Shown piece by piece: positions 1-9,031 of a DNA stretch of 51,978 nt (position 1 is the stretch's first letter; each line of letters begins with the position of its first letter). The DNA lies in the sequence record DRR378314_947. The stretch is one strand, 5' to 3'. Under the pieces are notes generated by a model. That model saw only the letters and a list, made by a program, of their open reading frames with translations, ran no database searches and had not been told where the DNA came from. The translations under genes and the position numbers were made by a program.

Positions 1-28
1 GTCCCTCAAGCGACATGGGATTGTTCAT
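1..28 (-). CDS. 5' end of a gene running off the window (MNNPMSLEG...), possibly an SDR oxidoreductase
   Basis: ATG at 28-26 preceded by a purine-rich RBS (GAAGAGGGAAGGA). The N-terminus resembles typical SDR starts, but only 9 codons are visible. Confidence 0.4.
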
Positions 29-67
29 GGTGTTATCCTTCCCTCTTCAAAACTTCTTTTTATAAAA

Positions 68-81
68 TTCGTATTACCGAA
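68..81. promoter_or_regulatory. Putative IclR-family operator TTCG-N6-CGAA
   Basis: TTCGTATTACCGAA; the same pattern recurs at 5385-5398 and 5473-5486 near the IclR gene. Confidence 0.55.
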
Positions 82-223
82 CGAGTTACGAATATATAGA
101 CATTCAAAAAAACCGGGATCAATGGCTTGATCAAAAATTCAGCGATTGAGTGTATTTTTCTGGAAATTCGGCTTGGGAAATTCCGATAGCTGTATCGGCC
201 TTTCCGATATCCGAAACCTGATC

Positions 224-246
224 CGGCAGCCCCATCAGGACTGCCG
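224..246 (-). terminator. Hairpin downstream of dctM
   Basis: Inverted repeat CGGCAGCCC...GGACTGCCG 20 nt after the dctM stop; U tail is weak. Confidence 0.5.
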
Positions 247-266
247 AATCAAATTCATCTCAATCC

Positions 267-1610
267 CTACCACTGAGAGTTTGGCAGCAAGAGTGACAGA
301 GTTGGGAAAATGACGATCAGACCAAAAACGACCAGGTCAATTGCCAGAAAGTTTATCACACCCCTGAAGATGGAATGTACGGGGATCAACTTACCCACCA
401 CACTGCTGATGACGAAAACATTCAGACCCACAGGCGGTGTAATCAGACCGATTTCCAGCAGCTTGATCACCACAACACCGAACCAGATCAGATCCAGTCC
501 CATTCCCTCAATCAGGGGAATGACAAAGGGCAGGGTCAACAGCATGATCCCGAGCGGATCCAAGAACATTCCCATGACCAGATAAAGCACGACAATCACC
601 AGAAGGATGCTCCAATCCGCCAGTTGATAGACCTCCACCAGGTGCAGCAACTCACGGGTCAATCCGGTCAGCGATACGAAAGCGACAAACATCTTTGCAC
701 TGACGGCAATAAAGAAAATTGACGCGCTTTGAATAGCCGTATCCTTCATCGCTGAGAGGAATTTTTCCCACGTCAATTTACGGGCGAGAACCCCATATAG
801 AAGGGCAAATACCATGCAGACTGCAGCAGCTTCGGTAGCGGTGAAAATACCGCTATAAATACCGCCAATGATGATCACGAATAACAACAAGGCTGGCCAG
901 GCATGACGAGTGGCCATCAGTCTTTCTTTCACCGTAAACTGCTGATCCGGAATGGGGCCATCCTGGGGCTTGAGTTTACACCAGACATAAATCACCAGCA
1001 GAAAACCCAACAACGACATGATCCCGGGAATAACACCGGCAAGGAACAGTTTACTGACAGAGGTTTCCGTGAACAGGCCATACATGATGAACAGCACACT
1101 GGGCGGGATCAGCGATCCCAAAGTTCCGCCCACCGCAATGGTTGAGGTGGCCAATTGCTTGCCATAACCAAAACGCATCATTTCGGGGATGCAGATCCGC
1201 CCCATTGCCGACGCACAGGCAAGGCTGGAGCCGGTAATCGCCGAGAACCCACCGCAACCAATCGCCGACGCCATCGCCAACCCGCCAGGCAAACGCGACA
1301 ACCACACCCGGACGGCATAATAAATTTCCGTCGTTATTTCAGCATGATAGGCAATATGGCCCAAGGCAATAAACAACGGCACCATACTTAATGGATAAGA
1401 ATGCAGGAACTCAAAGACGTTCGAGGAAATCAATGCAAGCGTGGGATATAAGGCTTTGGCAAACTGAAACTCATCGCCAGTTCGAAAGCCAAAATACAAA
1501 AACGTACAGGTAATGGCCAAACCCGCCATGGCAAAGCCAATAGGTACTCTCAGTGCAATTAAAATCAGGGCAGCCGGAAATCCGATCATACCGATAAGCG
1601 TCGCGTCCAT
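267..1610 (-). CDS. dctM: TRAP transporter large permease DctM
   Basis: 447 aa, polytopic; motifs GGTLGSLIPPS, GIFTATEAAA, GLITPPVGLN. Confidence 0.95.
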   Translation of the reverse strand: MDATLIGMIGFPAALILIALRVPIGFAMAGLAITCTFLYFGFRTGDEFQFAKALYPTLALISSNVFEFLHSYPLSMVPLFIALGHIAYHAEITTEIYYAVRVWLSRLPGGLAMASAIGCGGFSAITGSSLACASAMGRICIPEMMRFGYGKQLATSTIAVGGTLGSLIPPSVLFIMYGLFTETSVSKLFLAGVIPGIMSLLGFLLVIYVWCKLKPQDGPIPDQQFTVKERLMATRHAWPALLLFVIIIGGIYSGIFTATEAAAVCMVFALLYGVLARKLTWEKFLSAMKDTAIQSASIFFIAVSAKMFVAFVSLTGLTRELLHLVEVYQLADWSILLVIVVLYLVMGMFLDPLGIMLLTLPFVIPLIEGMGLDLIWFGVVVIKLLEIGLITPPVGLNVFVISSVVGKLIPVHSIFRGVINFLAIDLVVFGLIVIFPTLSLLLPNSQW

Positions 1611-1611
1611 T

Positions 1612-2163
1612 TTACTCCCCCTGATCCAAAGACTGAGGCACTGGATCCCGGCCCCGTAAAGCCGCTAGAAAATCAACAATTACAAGCACAGCCAGGCGAA
1701 CCACGAAAACGCAATATCCCGCAACAAAGGCAGCACGGCCCGGCCATTCAGGAAGCTCAAGCTCCCCAAAGAAATAAGCCCCATCTTCCAACACACCGAT
1801 GAATTCAACATATCCGCCGTAAACGATTGGAATAAGCGCGGCCAAGCCAATAACTGCACTGAGGAAATCCAGCCACGGCTGGAAACGATCCGGTAAATGG
1901 GCCGAAAAAACTTCTACCAAAATATGGGATCTGCTGGCCGTCACATAAGCCAGCGGCAACACAACAGCGGCAATCATCAATTCCCGCACAATGATTGTGG
2001 AGTCTGGGATTGAATAAGAAAAAACAGCCCGGGTAAAGATCGATACCGTGATCAGCGCGCCCATGGTGAGAATTGCAATGATAGAGAGTGTGACCAGCAC
2101 ACTCTCCACTTTCACCAACAGCTTTGGTCCCGGTAAGGACGAAGGCTCGGTCAGCGAGTCCAT
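1612..2163 (-). CDS. dctQ: TRAP transporter small permease DctQ
   Basis: 183 aa with ~4 TM segments and an HI-x-VE motif; lies between dctP and dctM. Confidence 0.9.
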   Translation of the reverse strand: MDSLTEPSSLPGPKLLVKVESVLVTLSIIAILTMGALITVSIFTRAVFSYSIPDSTIIVRELMIAAVVLPLAYVTASRSHILVEVFSAHLPDRFQPWLDFLSAVIGLAALIPIVYGGYVEFIGVLEDGAYFFGELELPEWPGRAAFVAGYCVFVVRLAVLVIVDFLAALRGRDPVPQSLDQGE

Positions 2164-3221
2164 GGGTACCCCCTGGTTTTCCGCTCATCGTCATATTTCT
2201 TCAGCAGAGCATGATACTGATTGATAATCCCGTCAGGATCCATACTTAGCTCTTTAGCCTTCTGTTTCCAGTCTTCAATATATGGCAGGCTGGCGTCCAC
2301 CAATTTCTGACGCTCGGTATCCGACATGTAAGTGACATTGGATTTGATGCCATCAATCCCAGCTTCCAGCTGCTTGATTGCATCTGCGTTATCGGCGCCG
2401 ATTCTCCGGGTGTAGTGATCGATCATATCGAGAGATAACTGCTCAAAAAGACTTTTATGCTCGCCCGACAACCCTTCCCAGGTATCCTTGTTCATGGAGA
2501 TTGACAACGCCATCAGCGCGCCCCAATTCATGATGGTCACTTCCTGAGCAACCTCATACAATTTGAAGGAGGGAATGGCGTAGGTATAAATCTGCGTACA
2601 ATCGATCAGCCCTGTATCCAGCGCCTGATAAGCCTTATAGACCGATACGCTGACAGGTGTGGCTCCCAGATCCTTGAACACCTTGCTATAAACACCAATA
2701 CCCCGAACTTTTTTGCCTTTCACATCGGCAACAGTTTTCACCGCTTCATCTTTGCAGATAAGCTGGATTTCTGTTGTGGTCATGTTGGCAACATGCTTCA
2801 GATTCAGATCATCGAACTCTTTTTTCAGATCCGGATTTGTCAGTGTTAATTCCTGCATCGCCCGGGTGAGAACCCACGGATCGGAATAGCTGGTTGGATA
2901 GTCCCCCAAGGTATAGGCATGTTGTAATTTCGGGTTATAAAGCCCGATCAGAAACCCCATGTCTGCAGCTCCGGCACCAACGCCCTTAGCAGCCGCCTTG
3001 GCCTTTAGCAGGGTCCCGCCCCAATGCATGTCCATTTTCAGTTCACCATTGCTGCGCTTTTCCAGTTCATCAGCAAACCAGATTACGGCGGCGGCACGGG
3101 CACCTCGATTTGAACTGCCATCGGAATATGTTAGGACTGTTTCGGCCTGCGCTGATAATGTCATGGCGACAAGCGCAGCCCCTGTTGTCAAAAGGCTTTT
3201 ACCCAGTTTTAGATAAGTCAT
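2151..3221 (-). CDS. dctP: TRAP transporter substrate-binding protein DctP
   Basis: Signal peptide (..LSAQA/E), KGKKVRG with the conserved Arg, YQALDTGLID. Start set at ATG 3221 after RBS GGTGAGGA. Confidence 0.9.
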   Translation of the reverse strand: MTYLKLGKSLLTTGAALVAMTLSAQAETVLTYSDGSSNRGARAAAVIWFADELEKRSNGELKMDMHWGGTLLKAKAAAKGVGAGAADMGFLIGLYNPKLQHAYTLGDYPTSYSDPWVLTRAMQELTLTNPDLKKEFDDLNLKHVANMTTTEIQLICKDEAVKTVADVKGKKVRGIGVYSKVFKDLGATPVSVSVYKAYQALDTGLIDCTQIYTYAIPSFKLYEVAQEVTIMNWGALMALSISMNKDTWEGLSGEHKSLFEQLSLDMIDHYTRRIGADNADAIKQLEAGIDGIKSNVTYMSDTERQKLVDASLPYIEDWKQKAKELSMDPDGIINQYHALLKKYDDERKTRGYPWTR

Positions 3222-3342
3222 TTCCTCACCTGTTTTTGTTAGAATTATGGTTTTCAAACACACACTTTGTATTGGGTCTTTGCAGATCGGCTTCGATCAC
3301 TGTCGAGGCTTCCTTGATGTCTCCAAAATCACCCGTTTAACC

Positions 3343-4122
3343 TCAATCCTCCTTTCTGTAGCCTAGGACTCGCGAAATATCTTTGGCCGACGCCTTGGCA
3401 ACGGCCCGAAAGGCGTCTTCTTCTTCCAGCGCCCTGGAAATGGGCACTTCGATGGTCATCGCCGCGACCAGATCTCCGTCTGAATTAAAGACCGGCGCCG
3501 CAAAACCCGCAGCATCCGGCAGATAATCACCCAAAGTTACGGAGACACCATCTGTCCGAATTTTAGCCAGTAGTTTTTCCATATTTTCCGGATCTGTAAT
3601 TGTCTTTTGTGTCACCGGCACCAGAGGAACTTTTTGTAAATAGGCAGCTCTTTGCTCTGCTGACATAAAGGCCAGAAACAGCCGGCCGCAGGCATTTGCA
3701 TATAACGGACGCCGGGTTCCAATTGTCACCGTAAAGCGAACCGCTTTTGGAGATTCAACGCTGTCGATATACGTGGCATGGAACAGATCATGATCCAGTA
3801 CAGCCAGCAAAGCTGTCTCCCCGCAGGCTTCCATGGTTTTGCGTAAATAGGGTCTTGCGATTTGTCGGATAGACCGTCCCGCCATGATCAAAGAAGACAG
3901 GGAATAACTCTCTGGTCCAAGTGTATAAAGTGATCCCTTACGCTCCAGAAACTCTTGCTCCGTCATGGCTTTCAGGATCGACGATAGCGAACTCTTGGGT
4001 GTATCCAGATGACTGGATATTTCGGAAAGTGATAACCCCCGCGGCTCACCGGACAGCAGCCGCAGCAATGCAAAGGCCCTGTGCAGTACCATTGGTCCCT
4101 CAGGTTTCACTGTATTCTTCAT
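3343..4122 (-). CDS. IclR family transcriptional regulator
   Basis: N-terminal HTH (RAFALL..LSLSEIS..PKSSL), GETALLA, GTRRPLYANACGR, AAPVF. Confidence 0.93.
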   Translation of the reverse strand: MKNTVKPEGPMVLHRAFALLRLLSGEPRGLSLSEISSHLDTPKSSLSSILKAMTEQEFLERKGSLYTLGPESYSLSSLIMAGRSIRQIARPYLRKTMEACGETALLAVLDHDLFHATYIDSVESPKAVRFTVTIGTRRPLYANACGRLFLAFMSAEQRAAYLQKVPLVPVTQKTITDPENMEKLLAKIRTDGVSVTLGDYLPDAAGFAAPVFNSDGDLVAAMTIEVPISRALEEEDAFRAVAKASAKDISRVLGYRKED

Positions 4123-4278
4123 AACATCTCCATATGTGACTTAAACTGCACTGTGGCGGTTCTGATTTCAGGGCCTGCTGTTCTGGCAGGTCGCCTCACA
4201 TCCCTACTCACCCAGACCTTGGCCGTCACGTTTGTTTTATCGAAAACCCACTGCACTGCTATTTCCTTCGCTTGCCTG

Positions 4279-5136
4279 TCAATTGGCAATCAACGACGCC
4301 TGCCCGCGATCGAGAACCACTTCATTTCGCTCCTCTACAACCACCCTGAACTGGGCTGTGTCCCCATCTGTCCAAATCTCTGTTCGAACCGTATCACCCG
4401 GAAAAACCGGACGGCTAAAACGGCAAGCATATCCGCCAAAGTGGGTGCTATCGCCCTTCGCAACCTCTTCCAGCAGCACATGACCAGCGATCCCCATGGT
4501 GCATAATCCATGCAAAATGGGTCGCTCATATCCGGCTTTTTGGGCTATTTTCGGGGAGATATGGAGCGGATTGAAATCACCACTCAAACGGTAAATCAAG
4601 GCGGATCGCAAATCGATTTTGCGAACGGAAACCACGTCTGGCTCAGTTTCAGGGACGGCTTGCAAGGGCTCTGGCACCGGCCCATGATCTCCGCAACCGC
4701 CATCGCCGCGACAAAAAACACCTGACACAACCCGGCAAATTTCAGCATCGCTTTCCAGCTCGTGCAGTGATTTTTCATAATAGAGGATAGCCCCTTTTTC
4801 CGATCCTTTATCCTTTACGCCCAAGACCCGGTATTTGGCCCTGACCGTATCACTTGCTTTTAGCGGGCGGCTGATTGTCAGAAATTGTTCCGCATGCAGG
4901 ATTTTAACCCAGTCGACTTGCAATTGTGGATCCTGTAGCCAAAATCCAGGATGCGCGAGGACCATGGAAAGCGACGGCAACGCCTTCATGTTATCCTCAT
5001 AGAGAAACGCAAGATCCTTCTCATCCAGCGGATCTTGTCCCAAATTCACACCCAGGGCGTAAAGCGCCGCATCCCGCTCCGTATAGGAAACAACCTTATC
5101 TGCGATCTCATAATTCAGGACTTTATCGACAATCAT
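4279..5136 (-). CDS. Double-hotdog MaoC-type (R)-enoyl-CoA hydratase/dehydratase
   Basis: LYALGV, LHAEQ, hydratase-2 motif YRLSGDFNPLH, ILHGLCTMG, PVFPGD. Confidence 0.9.
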   Translation of the reverse strand: MIVDKVLNYEIADKVVSYTERDAALYALGVNLGQDPLDEKDLAFLYEDNMKALPSLSMVLAHPGFWLQDPQLQVDWVKILHAEQFLTISRPLKASDTVRAKYRVLGVKDKGSEKGAILYYEKSLHELESDAEICRVVSGVFCRGDGGCGDHGPVPEPLQAVPETEPDVVSVRKIDLRSALIYRLSGDFNPLHISPKIAQKAGYERPILHGLCTMGIAGHVLLEEVAKGDSTHFGGYACRFSRPVFPGDTVRTEIWTDGDTAQFRVVVEERNEVVLDRGQASLIAN

Positions 5137-5384
5137 TCTGACCTCTATAATTTTTTTATGGTTTCAGTCGAACGGATGCCCAGAAAAACGGCATAGAAAA
5201 TGTGCCTGCAGAAATGCCGTTCAATACATTTCTACACCCTGACAATCGGGTTCATTGTTATGTGGTCTGACCGAAAACAAGCTTGCGCCTTCCGTCAGAA
5301 AAAGGATTTTTGAGTTACGGATTGCTTACCTGATGGAAACCTGTTCTGAACATCATGCCCCCCCAACTATTCAGCTTTTGTCAG

Positions 5385-5398
5385 TTCGGTTTTTCGAA
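5385..5398. promoter_or_regulatory. Putative IclR-family operator TTCG-N6-CGAA
   Basis: AGTTCG-GTTTTT-CGAACT has perfect 6-bp arms and lies upstream of the maoC-iclR-dctPQM unit. Confidence 0.55.
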
Positions 5399-5472
5399 CT
5401 TGTTTCTTAATTATGAAATTATTGAAAGAATGCTTTATCTGTCAATCACATTTTGTGTTTAATTATACAAAA

Positions 5473-5486
5473 TTCGAATATACGAA
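5473..5486. promoter_or_regulatory. Putative IclR-family operator TTCG-N6-CGAA
   Basis: AAAATTCGAATATACGAA, with the same AAAA flank as the site at 68-81. Confidence 0.55.
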
Positions 5487-5610
5487 AAAACATTCACATT
5501 CCCGCATTAAGGGATCAAATCTTATCCTCATTCGCGCCTCAAACCACTGCCAACAGCTCTCTCAAAACGCCAAAAATGAATCATTTGCCTAAGAACAGTA
5601 TTGAAACGCA

Positions 5611-5636
5611 AACACCCGGCACAAGGGCCGGGTGTT
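5611..5636 (-). terminator. Rho-independent terminator of gapR
   Basis: Stem AACACCCGGC-acaagg-GCCGGGTGTT followed on the - strand by a U-rich tail. Confidence 0.75.
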
Positions 5637-5666
5637 CAAGTCAAAGCGAAAGTCGTCAGATCTGCG

Positions 5667-5966
5667 TTAAAACGCATCCCCTTCTGGCGGGGTCTCTTCC
5701 TCCGCGTCTGAGGGCATCTCATCAATCATGCCAAGCGCATGTTTATAGAGATCGATCATATATTCCTGTTCCTGATAATCGGCCTTGTCCATTTTGCGAA
5801 GGCGCAGGACAGCCCGCATGGCCTTGATATCAAAACCGGTCCCTTTAGCTTCTGCAAAGACTTCCTTGATATCGTCTGCAATTGCCTTTTTATCGTCTTC
5901 AAGCCGCTCAATGCGCTCGACAAAAGACCGCAAATGATCTGCTGCGACGCCGCCAACGTCAGCCAT
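5667..5966 (-). CDS. gapR: DUF2312 nucleoid-associated protein GapR
   Basis: [40 protein letters not shown] signature with an acidic tail. Confidence 0.92.
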   Translation of the reverse strand: MADVGGVAADHLRSFVERIERLEDDKKAIADDIKEVFAEAKGTGFDIKAMRAVLRLRKMDKADYQEQEYMIDLYKHALGMIDEMPSDAEEETPPEGDAF

Positions 5967-6056
5967 GGCTCACCTCTTTAAATTGATGCTCGATTATGTA
6001 TAAAAAAGGGTTTAACGGCATTTGCCGATTTTCGCTAGTCCCCGAATGGATTATTT

Positions 6057-6353
6057 TTAGTCCCTGGGTTTGTTTTGCTCGAAATCTTTCAGCTGCTCGG
6101 CGCTTGCTGCGCTCTGATGCTTGTCTTTCCAGTCTGAATAAGGCATGCCATAAACAATTTCGCGGGCCTGCTCTTTATCCAGCTCCAGCCCTTTTTCCGC
6201 TGCGGCTTCCTGATACCAGCGGGACAGGCAGTTCCGGCAAAAACCGGCCAGGTTCATCATATCGATATTCTGGACATCGGTTCGTTCCTGCAAATGATCG
6301 CGCAGGCGCCGAAACGCTGCGGCCTGAAGCTCAAGTTCTGTTTGATCTGTCAT
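6057..6353 (-). CDS. DUF1244 family protein
   Basis: AAAFRRL..HL..RTDVQNIDMMNLAGFCRNCL..WY..AREIVYGMPY signature. Confidence 0.92.
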   Translation of the reverse strand: MTDQTELELQAAAFRRLRDHLQERTDVQNIDMMNLAGFCRNCLSRWYQEAAAEKGLELDKEQAREIVYGMPYSDWKDKHQSAASAEQLKDFEQNKPRD

Positions 6354-6380
6354 TATCTGTTCTCCCTAACTCTGATGCTT

Positions 6381-7523
6381 CTAACCTAAGCCTGAAACCG
6401 TTTCCTGCAAGACCTGATCCACCACTTTGTGCAAAGACGTTTTCAACTCTTCGCCAGCCGCTTGCGATGCCTTGAAGGTCGCCAGTTGCCGCTCGGCGGA
6501 AGTGCCGCGGGCAATGATGGTGCGGGCATGCAAAACCTCATTCAAACAACCCAGCGCCTCGGCATCCTCGCGCACCAGCTCGATAATTTCCTCAATCAGA
6601 TCGGCCGCCGGCACCTGATCAACAAGCCCCAGGTCAATGAGTTTTCCCTCCACTCCGAAGCGCTGGGCAAGCCAGCGATTTTCAGCAACCAATGTGCGCG
6701 GATATATGCGCCAACGCTGATTATTCCGCCGCAGCCGAAAAAGCATGCGCAGCAGGCTGGAGTATATAGCGGCAATACAAATCGCATCTTCCATCAGGGT
6801 GCAGACATCTGTCATTCGCATTTCAAGTGTTGGGAACTTGCCCGATGGCCGTAAATCCCACCAGATTTTGGAGCCTTCTTCAATCGCCCCCGCCTCGACC
6901 ATCACATTGACCAGCCGCTCATACTCGCCATAACTTTCAAATCGGTCCGGCACACCGGTGCGCGGCAGGCTATCAAAAACACTCAAGCGATATGATTTAA
7001 GGCCGCTCACCTCGCCCCGCCAAAACGGCGATGATGTACTCAGCGCCAGCAAATGCGGCAAAAAATATGAAATCTGGTTCATCAGATCGATCCGCAGTTC
7101 CGGATCCTCAACCGCGCAATGCACATGCATACCGCAGATCATCAACCGCCGAACGACCGCCTGCAGATCGCGGGCGATTACGTCATATCGCTCCTTCGCC
7201 GTATGCTTTAACAAATGCCAGTCAGCGAACGGATGGGTCGACGCTGCCATTAAACCAAGACCATATTTCTGCGCCACTTCGGAGACCACTGTGCGCAGCT
7301 CGCTCAAGGCTTCGCGCGCCTCGCTCACATTCGCGCAAACACAGGTACCGATTTCAATCTGCGAGCGGAGAAATTCAGGCGTCACCTGATGATGCGGCAG
7401 CCGGGCTTCACATTCCTGCAGGATTTCCGGCGGCGGATCGATTGCCAAATCCCGGGTCTGTGGATCAACCAGAAGATATTCTTCTTCAATACCGATGGTA
7501 AATGAGGGTTCTTTCACCGCCAT
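6381..7523 (-). CDS. Carboxylate-amine ligase (YbdK / glutamate-cysteine ligase 2 family)
   Basis: TIGIEEEY, SQIEIGT, STHPF, CGMHVH, LALSTSSPFW, IWWDLRP, TLEMR. Confidence 0.93.
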   Translation of the reverse strand: MAVKEPSFTIGIEEEYLLVDPQTRDLAIDPPPEILQECEARLPHHQVTPEFLRSQIEIGTCVCANVSEAREALSELRTVVSEVAQKYGLGLMAASTHPFADWHLLKHTAKERYDVIARDLQAVVRRLMICGMHVHCAVEDPELRIDLMNQISYFLPHLLALSTSSPFWRGEVSGLKSYRLSVFDSLPRTGVPDRFESYGEYERLVNVMVEAGAIEEGSKIWWDLRPSGKFPTLEMRMTDVCTLMEDAICIAAIYSSLLRMLFRLRRNNQRWRIYPRTLVAENRWLAQRFGVEGKLIDLGLVDQVPAADLIEEIIELVREDAEALGCLNEVLHARTIIARGTSAERQLATFKASQAAGEELKTSLHKVVDQVLQETVSGLG

Positions 7524-7524
7524 G

Positions 7525-8280
7525 TTAGCTAAGCTCCCCCAGCAGTTTGGTCTCTATCTGACGCAGCAGATCCGCGATCAGGTTGGCCCATTGCTCCGCC
7601 CCGTGATGGGTGTCGATCAGGTCCTGACGGATTTCAATCACCACATGGGGAATATCCCGCTTGGTGCCATGCTCATTCATCGTATAGCCAAGGGGTTCAC
7701 GCGCTGAATAAGGCTCATTATCCCCGACGGTCAGCGCCGGATTTTTCCGCAAAATTTCCAGCATCGGAAGGGCGATCCGGCCATCCTGATCCCACAAGAC
7801 CCCAATATGCCAGGGCCGTTCATAGTCGTTCATGATGGGCGTGAAACTGTGCATGGAAATCACGATCGGCGTCTCGGTAATCGTCAGCAGATCATCCAGC
7901 ATTTTGGTAATCTGATCGTGATAGGGCTGAAAATAGGTTTCGACCCGTGTCTTTCGCTCCGCTTCTGAAACTTCTTTATTCGCTGGCACCACCACTCCGT
8001 CACTCATCGATGGCGTGGAAGACGGATCATCCGGGTAGCGGTTTGCATCAATCAACAGGCGCGAAAAACAGGAGAAAATTGCCGGACAGTTCAGCTTGTC
8101 GGCCAACCGTTTGGTCACATCCTCGATCCCGATATCCCAAGCCACATGTCGCCGCAGCAAAGAGACATCCTCGATCCCCAAATTTTCATAAACATCCGGG
8201 ATATGGCGACTGGCATGATCGGCGATTAAAAAGATCGGCGATTTGCTCTGTTCGTTCGTTGTGTAAAATGAGTCAGGCAT
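7525..8280 (-). CDS. N-formylglutamate amidohydrolase family protein
   Basis: DHAS, HVAWDIG, FSRLLIDANR, HSFTP, VGDNEPYS, IEIRQDLI. Confidence 0.92.
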   Translation of the reverse strand: MPDSFYTTNEQSKSPIFLIADHASRHIPDVYENLGIEDVSLLRRHVAWDIGIEDVTKRLADKLNCPAIFSCFSRLLIDANRYPDDPSSTPSMSDGVVVPANKEVSEAERKTRVETYFQPYHDQITKMLDDLLTITETPIVISMHSFTPIMNDYERPWHIGVLWDQDGRIALPMLEILRKNPALTVGDNEPYSAREPLGYTMNEHGTKRDIPHVVIEIRQDLIDTHHGAEQWANLIADLLRQIETKLLGELS

Positions 8281-8373
8281 TTCAGACTTTGAAGATACGG
8301 TTCAAAATCTCAATATAGGGCAAATAGCCCTGTCCTGAAAAGCATGCAATTAAAAGGAATGGATCGCTAGCTG

Positions 8374-8874
8374 TTACCGATGCCAGCGTTCTTCGATTGC
8401 CATGGCAATCCCAAGGAAATCAGCTTCCTGTTCCATCATCCCACCTGGGGCGAGCCACCAGTCGGTCATTTCATTATTGAAATAGGCAACAGGATCAGCA
8501 ATCCCGGAGCTTTCCAGCTCAGACAGGCGAGAGATCGCCCAGTTATAATTATATTTTTTCCCCGATTGTTCGCTTCGGCACCGCAGGTCTTCCAGATAGC
8601 GGGCCGTTTTGCCCGCCGGGATGGAAGGCGTCCGGCCTTTGTCCCCAAACCTGCCTGTCACAGAAGGTTCTGTCCGGGCTCCCTGAAAGCTCGAGGCTGC
8701 CTTTTCCGACATCTGCCGCACGCCAGAGTGGACCCAGGGAATAAACTGAAAGCGGATCAGGGCCACGCAAAAACCAATCCCGTCCGCGCCCGCATAGAGC
8801 AGCCGAGCGAGTTGCCGTTTCAGGCCAACCCGCAAATACCAGCGAATCTGTCTTTGTGGAAATGCGTTTTTCAT
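8374..8874 (-). CDS. Hypothetical protein (alternative start ATG 8712)
   Basis: Fills the gap between the amidohydrolase gene and pyk; C-terminal half looks globular; no family recognised. Confidence 0.5.
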   Translation of the reverse strand: MKNAFPQRQIRWYLRVGLKRQLARLLYAGADGIGFCVALIRFQFIPWVHSGVRQMSEKAASSFQGARTEPSVTGRFGDKGRTPSIPAGKTARYLEDLRCRSEQSGKKYNYNWAISRLSELESSGIADPVAYFNNEMTDWWLAPGGMMEQEADFLGIAMAIEERWHR

Positions 8875-9031
8875 GGATATAAGTTTGTGACTTTTTAGTA
8901 TTAATTATTCCCTAACAAAATTGAAAAGAGAGAAACTTTTTGAGGAAAAATGTAAAATCCTTTAAATATTACAGTCAGATAATCTGGTTATCCTGCCGTC
9001 AGACCAGAAGAAAAGGACTTGTGATCTTATC

